A stretch of DNA of 64,000 nucleotides from Myxococcales bacterium (lineage in GTDB: Bacteria > Myxococcota_A > Polyangia > Polyangiales > DASUME01). A model generated the notes under the pieces. The model saw only the letters and a list, made by a program, of their open reading frames with translations. It had not been told where the DNA came from and ran no database searches. Within the stretch, counting starts at the first letter, position 1. Each line of letters opens with the position of its first letter. Below, one piece after another: positions 1-10,394 of the stretch. The DNA lies in the NCBI GenBank assembly GCA_047601445.1, contig JASGJH010000001.1, forward strand, positions 3,264,001 through 3,328,000, in the 5' to 3' direction. Position numbers and translations under genes: made by a program.

Positions 1-1
1 C

Positions 2-973
2 ATCGCCCCGACCCTGCAGGACCTCTCCGGCCCCGGCGCTGGAAGCCACGAGCGCGCCATCGAGTGCACGCTCGAGATCGCGGGCAGCGAGCGCTTGCGG
101 GCCGCCGGCGTGTTCGCGGCGCTCGGTCCCCATGCCACCGACAGCGTGAGCCCGGAGCTGTTGCGCGAGGTGGCCGAGCTCGCGGGCAGGCACCACTTGC
201 CGGTGCACATGCACCTGGCGCAGTCGCTGGACGAGCTCAAGCGCGTCGCCGCCCGCCAGGGCTGCTCGCCCGTAGAGGCCCTGGAGCGCGCGGGGCTGCT
301 CGAGCGGGACCTGGTGTTGGCGCACGCCATTTTTTGTCGTCGTGCGGACCTCGCCCGACTCTCTCCGCAGCGGCATAGCCTGGTGTTTTGTCCGAGCTCG
401 CAGCTCCAGTTCGGATTTCCCGCGGATGTGACGGTGTGGAGCCAGCTGGGCATGCGTTGGGTGGTCGCCACCGACTGCGCTAGCAGCAACGACTCCATGG
501 GCCTGCAGAAAGAGCTGCGCTTTTGTCAGGGCGCCGCGACCTATCGGATCACGGGCAGCGCCGCCTACGAAACCTTCCTGACCAGCGGCAGCGTCAGCGA
601 CGCCGAGCGCACCTGGAGCGAGCGCACGGGCAGCCTGCAGAGCGACCAGGCGCACAGCACCAGCGAGCAGCTGCTGGGTCGCGTACTGCAGCTCCCGGGT
701 GCCCTCCATCCGAGCTTCCGCGCGGGGGTCATCGAGATGGGCGCACTGGCGAACCTCATCGCCTGGGACGTGGAGCATCCCGCATTTTGGCCGGGCCTGG
801 ACCTCGTGCGGGGCCTCGCGCTTTCGGACCCAAGCCAGGCCATCCACACCGTGCTCGTGCGCGGGGAGCCTGTGGGAGCCGTGGGCCGCCCCTCGACGCT
901 GCTCGCTTCCGAGGCCTATCGCGAAGCCCGCCGCGAGGCACAGGAGCGGCTCGAGATGCTGTTCAGAACTTGA
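2..973 (+). CDS. Metal-dependent amidohydrolase (MTA/SAH deaminase-like), 5'-truncated by window edge
   Basis: Frame open from base 2; motifs LGPHATDSV, PVHMHLAQ, LAHAI, CPSS, ATDCASSND, ANLIAWD typical of Amidohydro_1 deaminases. Confidence 0.8.
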   Translation: MAPTLQDLSGPGAGSHERAIECTLEIAGSERLRAAGVFAALGPHATDSVSPELLREVAELAGRHHLPVHMHLAQSLDELKRVAARQGCSPVEALERAGLLERDLVLAHAIFCRRADLARLSPQRHSLVFCPSSQLQFGFPADVTVWSQLGMRWVVATDCASSNDSMGLQKELRFCQGAATYRITGSAAYETFLTSGSVSDAERTWSERTGSLQSDQAHSTSEQLLGRVLQLPGALHPSFRAGVIEMGALANLIAWDVEHPAFWPGLDLVRGLALSDPSQAIHTVLVRGEPVGAVGRPSTLLASEAYREARREAQERLEMLFRT

Positions 974-1976
974 GCAGCGCGCTGCCCCAGGCGAAGCCGC
1001 CACCGAGCGCGCACATCAGGACGTCGTCACCCGGACGAATGGTGCCCGCACGGGCCGCCTCGTCGAGCGCAATGGGGATGGAGGCGCTCGAGGTATTCCC
1101 GAAGCGCTCCAGGTTCAACACGAAGCGATCGAGTCCGACACCGACGCGCTTGGACACGCCGTCGAGGATGCGCAGGTTCGCCTGATGGGGAACGACCCAG
1201 CGGATGTCCGCCGCCGAGTAGCCGTTGGCGGAGAGCGCCGTGGTGCTGGCCGAGGAGAGCGCACGTACGGCGTACTTGAAGACCTCCTGCCCATTCATGT
1301 GAACGTAGTGCTGGCCGGCCTCCACGCTGGCCACGGTGGCGGGCGTCTTGGAGCCGCCGCCCGGGATGCAGAGGGACGACGCTTGCGAACCGTCCGCGTA
1401 AATGTGGGTAGACAGCAGGCCGCGCCCGCTCGTGTCCGCAGCGCTCAATACCGCGGCGCCCGCGCCATCGCCGAACAGCACGCAGGTGGTACGGTCGTGC
1501 CAGTCGATGACGCGCGAGAGCAGCTCCACTCCCACCACGAGCACGTGCCTGGCGGCGCCAGACATGATGAATCGGTCGGCGATGGAGAGGCCGTAGATGA
1601 ACCCGGCGCAGGCCGCGGCGATGTCGAAGGCCGGGCAATCCGGACGCGCTCCGATTTTGTCCTGCACGAACACGGCCGTGGCTGGCAGCGGCATGTCCGG
1701 GGTCACGGTGGCCACGATGATGAGATCGAGGTCCGTGGCCTTGAGGTTGGCGGCTTCCAGCGCGCGCTTGGCCGCGGCAGCCGCCATGTCGCTCGAGGCT
1801 TCGCCTTCGGCGGCCAGGTGGCGCTCTCGAATGCCCGTCCGTTCGACGATCCAGGCGTCCGAGGTGTCGACCATCTTCTCGAGGTCATGGTTGGTGAGCA
1901 CTCGCGCCGGAACATAGTGGCCTGTTCCCACGATCTGGGATTTGGGCGTGCGCGACCGGTTGGTCTCCCCTGCCAT
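963..1976 (-). CDS. fabH: 3-oxoacyl-ACP synthase III
   Basis: TGIRERH, AACAGF (Cys), PHQAN (His), GNTSSAS (Asn), FGDGAGA, GGGFAWG. Confidence 0.95.
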   Translation of the reverse strand: MAGETNRSRTPKSQIVGTGHYVPARVLTNHDLEKMVDTSDAWIVERTGIRERHLAAEGEASSDMAAAAAKRALEAANLKATDLDLIIVATVTPDMPLPATAVFVQDKIGARPDCPAFDIAAACAGFIYGLSIADRFIMSGAARHVLVVGVELLSRVIDWHDRTTCVLFGDGAGAAVLSAADTSGRGLLSTHIYADGSQASSLCIPGGGSKTPATVASVEAGQHYVHMNGQEVFKYAVRALSSASTTALSANGYSAADIRWVVPHQANLRILDGVSKRVGVGLDRFVLNLERFGNTSSASIPIALDEAARAGTIRPGDDVLMCALGGGFAWGSALLKF

Positions 1977-2252
1977 GTTTCCTTTCCACCCAGGCAGCGC
2001 CTAGACGCCCCCGGTGAGCGACAACTAGCGCATCCAAGGCCCAGGTGCACCAAGCGGGCAGAGCCGAGCGGCCACGAGAACCCAGACTGCAGCGGGAATG
2101 CGGTCCTCGGGCGCAGCGATTGCGACAGACCTCACAACCTGCCCGGAAGTCGGCCCCCGCACCGGTCGGCCCCGCCACAACTTTGCTCGGCTTTTGAGGC
2201 GCCGGGGCGGCGTCCGCTTGATCGACAGGGATGGCTCGGGCTTGATCAGGGG

Positions 2253-2480
2253 GTGTCCCTGCCGGTCGAGTTCACCTTGGAAGCCCTCGAGGATATCGAG
2301 GACATCGTGACCATGGCCCGGAAACTCTCGCGCCAGGCGGACGACGGGCGCATCGCGTGCGGCCAGAGCGACCCCGCCACCCGTGAACTGGTGATCGACC
2401 AGACGCGCCTCCTCTACCGGCTCGAGGCGACCCAGATCCTCGTGCTCGGGGCGGACCCCACCGGGCTCCCCCACCATTAG
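2253..2480 (+). CDS. Short RelE/ParE-like protein (75 aa), orphan and apparently internally shortened
   Basis: GTG 2253, tail of the 699..2480 frame: VEFTLEALEDIEDI...GR...TRELVIDQTRLLYRLEATQILVL matches the ParE/RelE pattern. Confidence 0.55.
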   Translation: MSLPVEFTLEALEDIEDIVTMARKLSRQADDGRIACGQSDPATRELVIDQTRLLYRLEATQILVLGADPTGLPHH

Positions 2481-2582
2481 GCGCCCCCCGCAGCCGCACC
2501 CAGTCGCCGCGCCCAAAGGACGGTTGCCCCGGCCGACCGTTCTGGGTAGGGTGCGCTGGTCGTTCCTTAGGTGGGGGGTTTC

Positions 2583-3035
2583 ATGACACGCGATCGGGCC
2601 GAGGGGCCGTTCAGGGTGGAATTGGACGCGTTCCCCTTCGTGCACATGAGCTCGCCGAGCGTGGCCCAGTTCGACCAACCGAGCGCCTCGAGCTTCTTCG
2701 AGTGCATCGACCGGGGTCTCGAGCGTGGCCAGCCCTTCGTCATCTTGCTCGACGCGCGCGGGGTGCCCCACGCCGATGAAGTGCGGCGCAAGGACTTCAT
2801 GCGCCTCCTGACCGCGCGGCGCGCGGACGTCGAGCAGCGTGTGGTGGCGTTCGCTGCGGTCTGTGGCTCGCCGCTCGAGCGTGGCCTGGTCACGGCCTTC
2901 ATGTGGTTCATACGGCTCTCCTTGCCGATCCGAATCTTCGGCAACGAGGGCGAAGCCAAGGCGTGGCTGCTCGCGCGCTACGAGGCTGCGGGTGCTGGCG
3001 GCGCTCACACCGGACGCGCCGTAGCGGGCTCCTAG
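2583..3035 (+). CDS. STAS/SEC14 (SpoIIAA-like) domain protein
   Basis: FVILLDAR...AAVCGSPLERGLVTAFMW...PIRIF..EGEAKAWL pattern. Confidence 0.7.
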   Translation: MTRDRAEGPFRVELDAFPFVHMSSPSVAQFDQPSASSFFECIDRGLERGQPFVILLDARGVPHADEVRRKDFMRLLTARRADVEQRVVAFAAVCGSPLERGLVTAFMWFIRLSLPIRIFGNEGEAKAWLLARYEAAGAGGAHTGRAVAGS

Positions 3036-3652
3036 AGGATCTGGCGCTCCAGGGCGTCGAACGCCTCGAGCTGGGTCCCCCGCATGGGCGAGGTCGCGTA
3101 GAGCAGGCGCGGTAGCGAGTACATGTGCATGTCGACCTTGTCGCCTTCGGGAGTCGGTTCGCTCATTGGATCGAGCACCGGGCCCTCGAACCCCAGCTTC
3201 TCGGCTAGACCGGCGCTGGCGAGGTTGTGCGGAGCCACCCGCAGGTCCACGCACGAGAGGTTTTCGATGTCGAAGGCCACGCGCACCAAAGCTGCGACAG
3301 CCTCCGTGGCCAGCCCCTGACGCAAGACGTCGGGGCGGATCCAGTACCCCACTTCGCGCTCGTCGACGTCGCTCCGCAGACTGAGCCCCGCACCGCCCAA
3401 CATGCGCTTCTTCTGCTTGTCGAACAGCCCGTAGTACAGGTCTCCCCCGAGATCGAAGTGGCCGCGGCGCGCGCGCAAAAGCTCGAGGCGCTCCTCCAGC
3501 GTGAGCGGCTCGTGGACCGCCCAGCTCATCCACGGTCGCAGGTGCTCGAGGCTCGCAAGAATGGCCTCGTCCACCAGGTACACGTCCCGTGGCTCCAGAC
3601 AACGTAGGCTCAGGCGTTCGGTCTCGATGCGATAGGCGGGTCCGCGCAGCAC
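3032..3652 (-). CDS. RimJ/RimL-family GNAT N-acetyltransferase
   Basis: IETERLSLR, HLRPWMSWA, EVGYWI, RQGLATEA, NLASAGLAEKLGF. Confidence 0.9.
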   Translation of the reverse strand: MLRGPAYRIETERLSLRCLEPRDVYLVDEAILASLEHLRPWMSWAVHEPLTLEERLELLRARRGHFDLGGDLYYGLFDKQKKRMLGGAGLSLRSDVDEREVGYWIRPDVLRQGLATEAVAALVRVAFDIENLSCVDLRVAPHNLASAGLAEKLGFEGPVLDPMSEPTPEGDKVDMHMYSLPRLLYATSPMRGTQLEAFDALERQIL

Positions 3653-3659
3653 GGGTACC

Positions 3660-5576
3660 TCAGGAGCGCTTCGGGCCCAAAAACACCGGGCTCGACCAGG
3701 CCATCTCGCCGTCTTCCTGCACGACGCGCGCGTAGACGAAGGGACTGCTCACCCGTGCGCGCAGCTGACCCGCCGGCCCGCTCAGCTCCCCCTGCGCGAG
3801 CACGCCCTCGTAACCCACCAGCTCGATGCTGCGCAGATTGGTGGTGCCGTGGGCCTGCACCTCGAACTCCGCCTCGAGCTCGCCGAGTTCGCTGCCCATG
3901 GCGTGACCGTCAGCACGCACGTCGAGCAAGATCTTGGCCCCGCTCGTGGCGTAGCAGCGACGCAAGCGCAGCGCCTCCATGACGGCCGCGCGCGAGACCT
4001 CCGCGGCCTGCACGGCCGTGAGCCCGGTGCGATAAGGGTCGCGCTTGCGTGCCTCGCCGTGATGCCAGAGCAGGCCGTGACTGTCGGAGGAAGCCGTGAA
4101 GCCGAAGCGATGCCCCCTGCGCAGCATCACGTCGGCCATGTGATCCTTGAGCTCGCCGCGCTGACCGAGCGGATGTCCCACGTGCTCGTAGCAGCCATGA
4201 CAGGAGCAGATTTCCCAGAGCGGTTGGCCGTGGTCGTCGTGGCCTGCTTCGTCGGCGCCCGTCCAACCGATGTGATGAGGAGACGCGAAGCCACCGAGCC
4301 GCTGGACCGCTGCCACGAGCTGCCTGCCCTCGGGGACGTCGTCGCGCGAGACGATGGGCACGCCGCGCAGCGGGTAATAGACGCACTTGTGGCCTGGACC
4401 GGGAAAGGCGCGGCCGGTCCACTCATACGCATAGAGCGTGGCGAAGGCGCCGGGCGCATCGTAGTGCTCGGCCACCCGCTGCAGGTACTCCCACTCGCCG
4501 GGCCCCGTACGCTTGCCCAGGAAGGACTCGTGATCGGTGAGGGCCACGAAGTCGTCTTCGTAGCGATCGCGGGCGCGCAGATAGACCTCGTCGGCCGAAC
4601 CCACGCCGTCGGAGTGCGCCGAGTGCTGCTGGATGTCCCCGAACAAGGTAATCAAGCCGCTCTTGCGCGCCGGGTCGCGCGGTGCGCGCGCCACGCTCGG
4701 AAGCACGCGCTCGCTCACGGAGTCAGCGCTCCAATCCACCTTCGCGAGCTGCAGTTCGGGCGTGCCACCTAGCGCATGGGGCAACAAATCGACCTGGATG
4801 CCCTTGCGCTCACGGCGGGCCACCCAGATGCCCTGCTCACTCTCGAGCACGCTGACATGTCGACCGCGCGAGCCCCACTCACCGTCGCTGAGCGCGCTGC
4901 GCGGTGAGAAGCCGCCGGCGCTCAGGTCCTGACGCCAAAAATTGTGGGAGCCGCGGCCGAACACCGAGACCGCTCCGTCCGGGTTCACACACAGGCCCGG
5001 GAACTCGAATGATTGCTCCACGCCCTCGCGATCACGGTCGCGCTCGAGCATGGGCGCCGCCGGCTCGAACACGGCGCCGCTGGCGTCGACGAAGCGCAGC
5101 GCGATCCACTTGGCCACGTCGGCGTGGGCGGTGTCTTCACGGACGTCGTGATGAAAGGCGACCCAGATGCCCCTCTCGGCCAGCGCCAGGCAGGGCGCCG
5201 CCACGCTCCCGCGCGCGCGAAACACGAGCACGTCCGCGCCCCCTCGGGGCGAGAGCCACACGCTCGCCACGCCCTCCGCATGCTCCACCCATACGCGGGA
5301 CCCGGCGCGCTCTTCGCGCTGCTCGGCCAGTGGGTCGTCGCTGATCGCCGCGCGGTCGCCGCGCGTGAGCGCCACGATGGCCTCGCGCGACTCTCCTTGT
5401 AGCTCCGGCCCGAGTCGATCGGGCGCTTCCAGAGCGAGCCGCAGCAAGCACTCCCGGTTCTCGGTTGGCCGCCAGGCGATGCACACCAGCTCGACGTGGG
5501 CGCCGCCTTCGCGGTCGCCACGGATCAGGCGGGGGGCGTGCAGGTAGCGGTCGGGACGTTGCGCCAGGAGGGCCAT
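3660..5576 (-). CDS. PHP-like metallohydrolase (CehA/McbA / DUF3604-like) with long N-terminal extension
   Basis: GDIQQHSAHSDG, ALTDHE, YEWT, GHKCV, PHH, ASSDSH, RRCYATSG, MAWSSPVF; start at ATG 5576 chosen. Confidence 0.75.
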   Translation of the reverse strand: MALLAQRPDRYLHAPRLIRGDREGGAHVELVCIAWRPTENRECLLRLALEAPDRLGPELQGESREAIVALTRGDRAAISDDPLAEQREERAGSRVWVEHAEGVASVWLSPRGGADVLVFRARGSVAAPCLALAERGIWVAFHHDVREDTAHADVAKWIALRFVDASGAVFEPAAPMLERDRDREGVEQSFEFPGLCVNPDGAVSVFGRGSHNFWRQDLSAGGFSPRSALSDGEWGSRGRHVSVLESEQGIWVARRERKGIQVDLLPHALGGTPELQLAKVDWSADSVSERVLPSVARAPRDPARKSGLITLFGDIQQHSAHSDGVGSADEVYLRARDRYEDDFVALTDHESFLGKRTGPGEWEYLQRVAEHYDAPGAFATLYAYEWTGRAFPGPGHKCVYYPLRGVPIVSRDDVPEGRQLVAAVQRLGGFASPHHIGWTGADEAGHDDHGQPLWEICSCHGCYEHVGHPLGQRGELKDHMADVMLRRGHRFGFTASSDSHGLLWHHGEARKRDPYRTGLTAVQAAEVSRAAVMEALRLRRCYATSGAKILLDVRADGHAMGSELGELEAEFEVQAHGTTNLRSIELVGYEGVLAQGELSGPAGQLRARVSSPFVYARVVQEDGEMAWSSPVFLGPKRS

Positions 5577-5734
5577 GACTCGATGGTGCCCTGCCCTATA
5601 CGATTGTCCAGTTCGCCGCACAGCTAGGTCGACGTGGCCTGGCGAGGCACCCGCGGGAAGCCGCCCGGGTCAGCGCCGCAAGTTCCCGATCGCACTCTTG
5701 GATCTTCTGCGCGCCTCGTGCGTCAATCCTGCCC

Positions 5735-7627
5735 ATGAAACGCGGTTGGATTCTGTTTTCGATCATCGCAGCCCTCACCGGCTGCGCAGGCGGTCCCGCA
5801 GTGCGCGGCGCCAAACACGTACCAGTGCGCAATGTGGTCCTATATCGGAGCGGCGTGGGCTACTTCGAGCGCTCGGGCAAGTTCGAGGGCGACAGCCTCG
5901 AGTTCCAGGTCAAACAAGACGAAGTGGGTGACTTCCTCTCCTCGCTCACGGCCATCGAGCGCTCGTCGGGCGGCGTGCGCAGCGTGTCGTTCGACGTGCC
6001 GGATGCACCCGAGCCCGGCCCCAGCAACTTCGCCCCCGATCAACCTCAACCCGCGCCGGCTCCAGCTGCCAGCCGCGAGCGCGTGGACGTGAAGCTCGCG
6101 CTGTCGGGCGAAGGCCAGCACGACGTGAGCGTGGCCTACGTGGTGGGCTCGCCAATCTGGCGCCCGAGCTACCGGGTCGTGTTGGACGGACAGGACAAGG
6201 CGCTGCTTCAAGCCTGGGCCGTGGTGCAGAACACGTCCGGTGAAGATTGGAGCGACATCAACCTCTCGCTCACCACGGGCGCACCGATCTCGTTTCGCTC
6301 GGATCTCGGCACCCCCATCCGTCCCGAACGCCCGCTGGTCAGCGATAGCGGCGAAGTGATCGCGGTGGTGCCCGTGGCGGAAACCGCCGTGGCGCAGGAA
6401 CCGCCCCCGCCGCCCGCACCGATGGCGAGCGAAGCCGCCTCGATGGCACCGATGATGGAGGAAGCCGAGCGCGACGACTACGACATGGCACGCAGCGCCG
6501 GTGCCGCCGCGCCCGAGGCCAGCAAGAAGATGCGCTCGCGTCGCGAAGTCATGGCCGCCCCGAAGCCCGCCGCACCCGCCATGAGCGCTGCCGCGCTCGC
6601 CCAGAGCGTGCGACCTGCGGCGAGCTTCGCGGTGCTCGGCGACAGCGTGACCCGCTACGACATCCAGGGCCCTGTCACGGTTCCCGACGGCGGTTCCACC
6701 ATGGTGGCGTTGGTCTCGCAGCGCGTCCCGGGCGAGCAAGCGCACCTGTTCGCGCCCGAGCCCGGCGTGCCGCTCTCCATGCAGCATCCGTTCTCCGTGG
6801 TGCGCCTCGCCAACGCGACCGGCGCGGTGCTGGAGAAAGGCCCGCTCGCCGTGCTCTCGAACGGCGCCTTCCTGGGCCAGGGCGTGCTCGACACGCTGCC
6901 GCGCGATGCCCACTCGTTCGTGCCCTTCGCGCTCGACAAGACCGTCGTGGTGGAGCCCGAGGAGAGCTACAGCGAGGAGCAGGGAGCGCTCGTGCGTGTG
7001 CAGCGCAACCTGGTCACCGTGCAGCGCTTCTCGCAGCGCAAGACCCGCTACCGCGTGCGCAACGGTGGCGCCGAGGCCAGCAAGATCTACGTGCGGCATC
7101 CACGTTGGGGTCAGGCCGAACTGTTGAACCCGCCGAGCGGCAGCGAGCTCACGCCGGGCAAGGCTCTCGTCCCGACCAGCGTGCCCGGCAAGGGACAGAC
7201 CGAGCTCGAGATCATCGAGCGCACCGCGGTCCAAATGGACTTCGTGTTCATGGACCAGCCCGCCGCCGATGCCATCGCCGTGTGGCTCTCGGGCCCAGCG
7301 GCCAACGACCCGCAGAGCGCCGCGCTCAAGCAGGCACTCGAGCTGCGCGGCCAGCTCGTGAAGGTGCAGGAGCAGCTGGTGGCCCTCGAGCGCGAGCAAG
7401 CAGAGCTCGCCAACAGCGCCGACGAGACGCGCCGCAACCTGCGCGCAATCGAGAAGGTGAAGAGCGCCCAGGATTTACGCACGCGCCTGGTGGACCGGTT
7501 GCGTCAGCTCGACACGCGCCTCGGTGAACTCACCAAGCTGCTGGTGGAGACGCGCACCCGCCAGAGCGAGCTCGAGGTGCGCCTCAACGAATCCCTCGAC
7601 GGCGTCTCCCTCGAGGCCAAGCCCTAA
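5735..7627 (+). CDS. DUF4139/DUF4140-like lipoprotein with C-terminal coiled coil
   Basis: Lipobox LTGC; VVLYRSGVGYFER; WRPSYRV; AVVQNTSGEDW; heptad-rich C-terminus. Confidence 0.8.
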   Translation: MKRGWILFSIIAALTGCAGGPAVRGAKHVPVRNVVLYRSGVGYFERSGKFEGDSLEFQVKQDEVGDFLSSLTAIERSSGGVRSVSFDVPDAPEPGPSNFAPDQPQPAPAPAASRERVDVKLALSGEGQHDVSVAYVVGSPIWRPSYRVVLDGQDKALLQAWAVVQNTSGEDWSDINLSLTTGAPISFRSDLGTPIRPERPLVSDSGEVIAVVPVAETAVAQEPPPPPAPMASEAASMAPMMEEAERDDYDMARSAGAAAPEASKKMRSRREVMAAPKPAAPAMSAAALAQSVRPAASFAVLGDSVTRYDIQGPVTVPDGGSTMVALVSQRVPGEQAHLFAPEPGVPLSMQHPFSVVRLANATGAVLEKGPLAVLSNGAFLGQGVLDTLPRDAHSFVPFALDKTVVVEPEESYSEEQGALVRVQRNLVTVQRFSQRKTRYRVRNGGAEASKIYVRHPRWGQAELLNPPSGSELTPGKALVPTSVPGKGQTELEIIERTAVQMDFVFMDQPAADAIAVWLSGPAANDPQSAALKQALELRGQLVKVQEQLVALEREQAELANSADETRRNLRAIEKVKSAQDLRTRLVDRLRQLDTRLGELTKLLVETRTRQSELEVRLNESLDGVSLEAKP

Positions 7628-8544
7628 CGCAAGCGCAACGCGACCAGGCCCTCGCCCGCCTTGGGCTTGGCGCCGCAGCTGGCCGGCGCGGGAGGAACCG
7701 CCACGCGCTCGAGTTCGACGAGGCACTCCGAGGAGGGCTCCTCACGCCGCCTGAAGCGCACGCGCCCGCCTGCCTCGAAGCGCTCTTCCCCTGCGAGCTC
7801 GAGCGCGTCGAGACGGCGCTCGCCGAGTCGTTCACGCAACTGCACCTCGGCGGCCTGAGCGGGGCCCGAGTAACACGTGCGACCGCGCACCTTGCCCAGC
7901 TCGAACATCTCCGCCGCCTGGTGGGCCGCATAGAGCCCGCCAGCGTCGTGCTCGGAGAGGCGCCCATAGGAAATGCCGTGGGGCAAGACGACCATCGTGG
8001 CCGCGAAGCGGTGTCCGCCCAGGTGCGTCGTCTGCCAAACGCGTTCGGGCGCGAGCTCGCGCAGGGCGTTGTAGAGCGGCATCCCGCGCAGCGCGCAGCA
8101 GCGATCGCGCTTGCCGTGGGTACACACCAGGTAGAGAGGCTCGCTGCTTTCTCGTGCGTCGTGCGGAGGGGTCCCGTGTTGCAACCAGGCTTCCAGCCCC
8201 AGGCTCGGCAACACACTCAAGTGCGGGAGCTCGAGGGAAAACAGCCGCCCCAACGACTCGTCGGTCTCGGCCAGAAACACCCTCACGCCGCCGCTCTTGG
8301 TGGCCTGATCGTGCCGTCGCACGAGCTGCACGCGCAAGCCCCGATGCAGCCTACCCAGCTCCTGTAAGTAGGCCGTCACGTCCGCGGGCAGCCCGCTGTC
8401 TTCGACCCCCTTGGGTCCCCAGGCCCCCGCCTGCTCCAGCACCAACCAGCGGCTGGTCTCGGCGGCCGCCGTGCCCGCCAGGGGTTCACCGACCTCGCGC
8501 GAAGCCTCGGCGCAAAACACATCCGATTCACTTGGGCCTGGCAT
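7624..8544 (-). CDS. Sucrase/ferredoxin-like protein
   Basis: LVCTHGKRDRCC, HLGGHRFA, YGRL, RGR. Confidence 0.85.
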   Translation of the reverse strand: MPGPSESDVFCAEASREVGEPLAGTAAAETSRWLVLEQAGAWGPKGVEDSGLPADVTAYLQELGRLHRGLRVQLVRRHDQATKSGGVRVFLAETDESLGRLFSLELPHLSVLPSLGLEAWLQHGTPPHDARESSEPLYLVCTHGKRDRCCALRGMPLYNALRELAPERVWQTTHLGGHRFAATMVVLPHGISYGRLSEHDAGGLYAAHQAAEMFELGKVRGRTCYSGPAQAAEVQLRERLGERRLDALELAGEERFEAGGRVRFRRREEPSSECLVELERVAVPPAPASCGAKPKAGEGLVALRLR

Positions 8545-8573
8545 AACTCCTCGAACCTCTCCGCTGCGCGCGC

Positions 8574-9482
8574 CTAGCCGCGTCGAGCCTGCGCTCGGAT
8601 CACGCGACGTCGCCCAACGAGCACCGTTCCAAGCAACGCCAGCCAGGCCATGAGCCCGCGATTTCCCTGCGCATGGGGCGCAGCGCTGCAGTGCGAGTCA
8701 TCGCCGCCGCCGCTCGCGGGTGCCTGCGTGAATGCCTTGCCCGGCGGATAGATGTCACACAAGCCCTCGACGTCGTCCGGACTCAACGTGCGCTTGTCGA
8801 CCTGACCGGGACTCGCGTCACACCACATGGTGGCGGTCTCGCGCTCGCTGTGAGCCAGGCCGAAGTAGTGCCCTGCTTCGTGGGTTGCCACGTTCTGCAG
8901 GTCGGCCACCGCATCGAGCGCCCCGCACCCTTGGGGCGGGCACTCGCCGAAGTTCATGGCACCGTTGAAGTGCATGTCCGCGCCGATGATCTCGCCGCTG
9001 TCGTAGAACCAGAGGGAGGTCAGCGCGAAGGCACGCGGGTCGTAGCCGCGATCGATCCATTCGTCGCCGCTGAAGTACACGATGGCATTGTCGTTGGGCT
9101 CCTCGTCCTGAGGCCCGACCTCATCCGTCGTGGTGCCCGACTTGGCGGTCGCCTCGAGGCCCACGGAGACACGCCCCAGACCACCGTCCTCGGCCTTCAC
9201 GGGACATTCGACCGCCGTCCAGGTGTCGAACGAAGCTCCGATGATGCGCCGCACTGCGGCGTCGGTGAAGCCCACAAAGGGCCGCACGTTGAACGCGTAC
9301 TGGGTCTTTGCCACGGGCCAGTAGAGCGGCGTGCCGGTGGTGACGCAGGTGCCTGGACAACCCGCCGACTCGGGCGGCTGCTCGGCCGTGGTGGTGCGGC
9401 AGTAGGCGCCCGCCTGCGAGGCAGTCAGCAGCACGAATCCGGACAAGCCGAGCGGAAGGGGGAGAGCGCTGAAACGCGGCAT
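8574..9482 (-). CDS. Matrixin (M10-like) zinc metalloprotease with MYXO-CTERM-like tail
   Basis: Signal peptide, AYCRTTT, HEAGHYFGLAH, Met-turn ATM, DDVEG; Cys + hydrophobic + RRR C-terminus. Confidence 0.9.
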   Translation of the reverse strand: MPRFSALPLPLGLSGFVLLTASQAGAYCRTTTAEQPPESAGCPGTCVTTGTPLYWPVAKTQYAFNVRPFVGFTDAAVRRIIGASFDTWTAVECPVKAEDGGLGRVSVGLEATAKSGTTTDEVGPQDEEPNDNAIVYFSGDEWIDRGYDPRAFALTSLWFYDSGEIIGADMHFNGAMNFGECPPQGCGALDAVADLQNVATHEAGHYFGLAHSERETATMWCDASPGQVDKRTLSPDDVEGLCDIYPPGKAFTQAPASGGGDDSHCSAAPHAQGNRGLMAWLALLGTVLVGRRRVIRAQARRG

Positions 9483-9749
9483 GTGGGCCCAAGCTTAGCC
9501 TGCCAAAAGGCCTACGTGCTAGTGCGGCCGAGCGATCCCAGAGGTATGGGTTTCGTGAGCTTTTTCTGGCTCTTCTGCGGGGTATCGAGGCGTCGTCGGC
9601 CGGCCGGAACCCCCACTGAACCGCAGCTCACCCCAGAGAACGCGGTGCGCCTCACCGACCTGTGGTTCGGAGCCGGACTCGACCGCGTGTCCGGCTCACC
9701 CTGAAATGGAGACGCTGCCGTCACCCTCGGCTCGACTCGATGGACGCAA

Positions 9750-10394
9750 TCAGAGCCCGATCACGATGCCCATCTGCCAGGTGACCTGGTTGAGCGAGAA
9801 GTCGACGTCGGCGTTGGTGTCCTCGATCTCGTGGCTGAAGTAGTGACCGGTCCAGCCGAACATCTCGAGGAACAGACCCGCGCGACGGGAGAACCACCAC
9901 TCGACGCCCGGCGTGAGCGAGGCGGCCACACCGACGGCACCGTTGCGGTAGGCATCGTCGAAGTCAGTGTTGAGCTTGCTGATGGTGGGACCGATGGTGA
10001 GCGCCAAGTAGAAGCGGAAGTCACGCCAGTCGTAGTGGCCGGTGATGCGCAGCAGAAGGTCGAATAGCAAGCTGCGATCTTCCCAGTCGTCGTCACTCTC
10101 CCAGGCGGCAAGGCGGAACATGCCGCCGATGCTGACGTACTTGTGGACGTCGTAATCCAGGTGCACGCGGAAGCCGGGCGTGAGCTTGAGATGGTCGTCG
10201 GGGGAGCCGCCGGGCCCAGGGAAATCCGCCTCGACCTGACCGGCGAAGTCGAGCACGGCGCCGAACCCCAGGCGAAGGTCATCCCCACCTTGTTGCGCCG
10301 AGGCCAACGCGGGCACGCCAGACGCGAGCGCCACCACGAAAACCAGAGCCAAGGAACGAAGCGCGCTCCGCTGCGCGCGTGTCAAGCGACCCAT
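9750..10394 (-). CDS. Secreted protein, probable outer-membrane beta-barrel
   Basis: GGAGG RBS, signal peptide (..PALASA), amphipathic aromatic-rich strands; only the last ~214 codons of the 524-aa ORF look real. Confidence 0.65.
   Translation of the reverse strand: MGRLTRAQRSALRSLALVFVVALASGVPALASAQQGGDDLRLGFGAVLDFAGQVEADFPGPGGSPDDHLKLTPGFRVHLDYDVHKYVSIGGMFRLAAWESDDDWEDRSLLFDLLLRITGHYDWRDFRFYLALTIGPTISKLNTDFDDAYRNGAVGVAASLTPGVEWWFSRRAGLFLEMFGWTGHYFSHEIEDTNADVDFSLNQVTWQMGIVIGL

Noticed and set aside
699..2252. N-terminal part of the 593-aa + strand ORF
   Set aside because: Antisense to fabH; only the last 75 codons look coding
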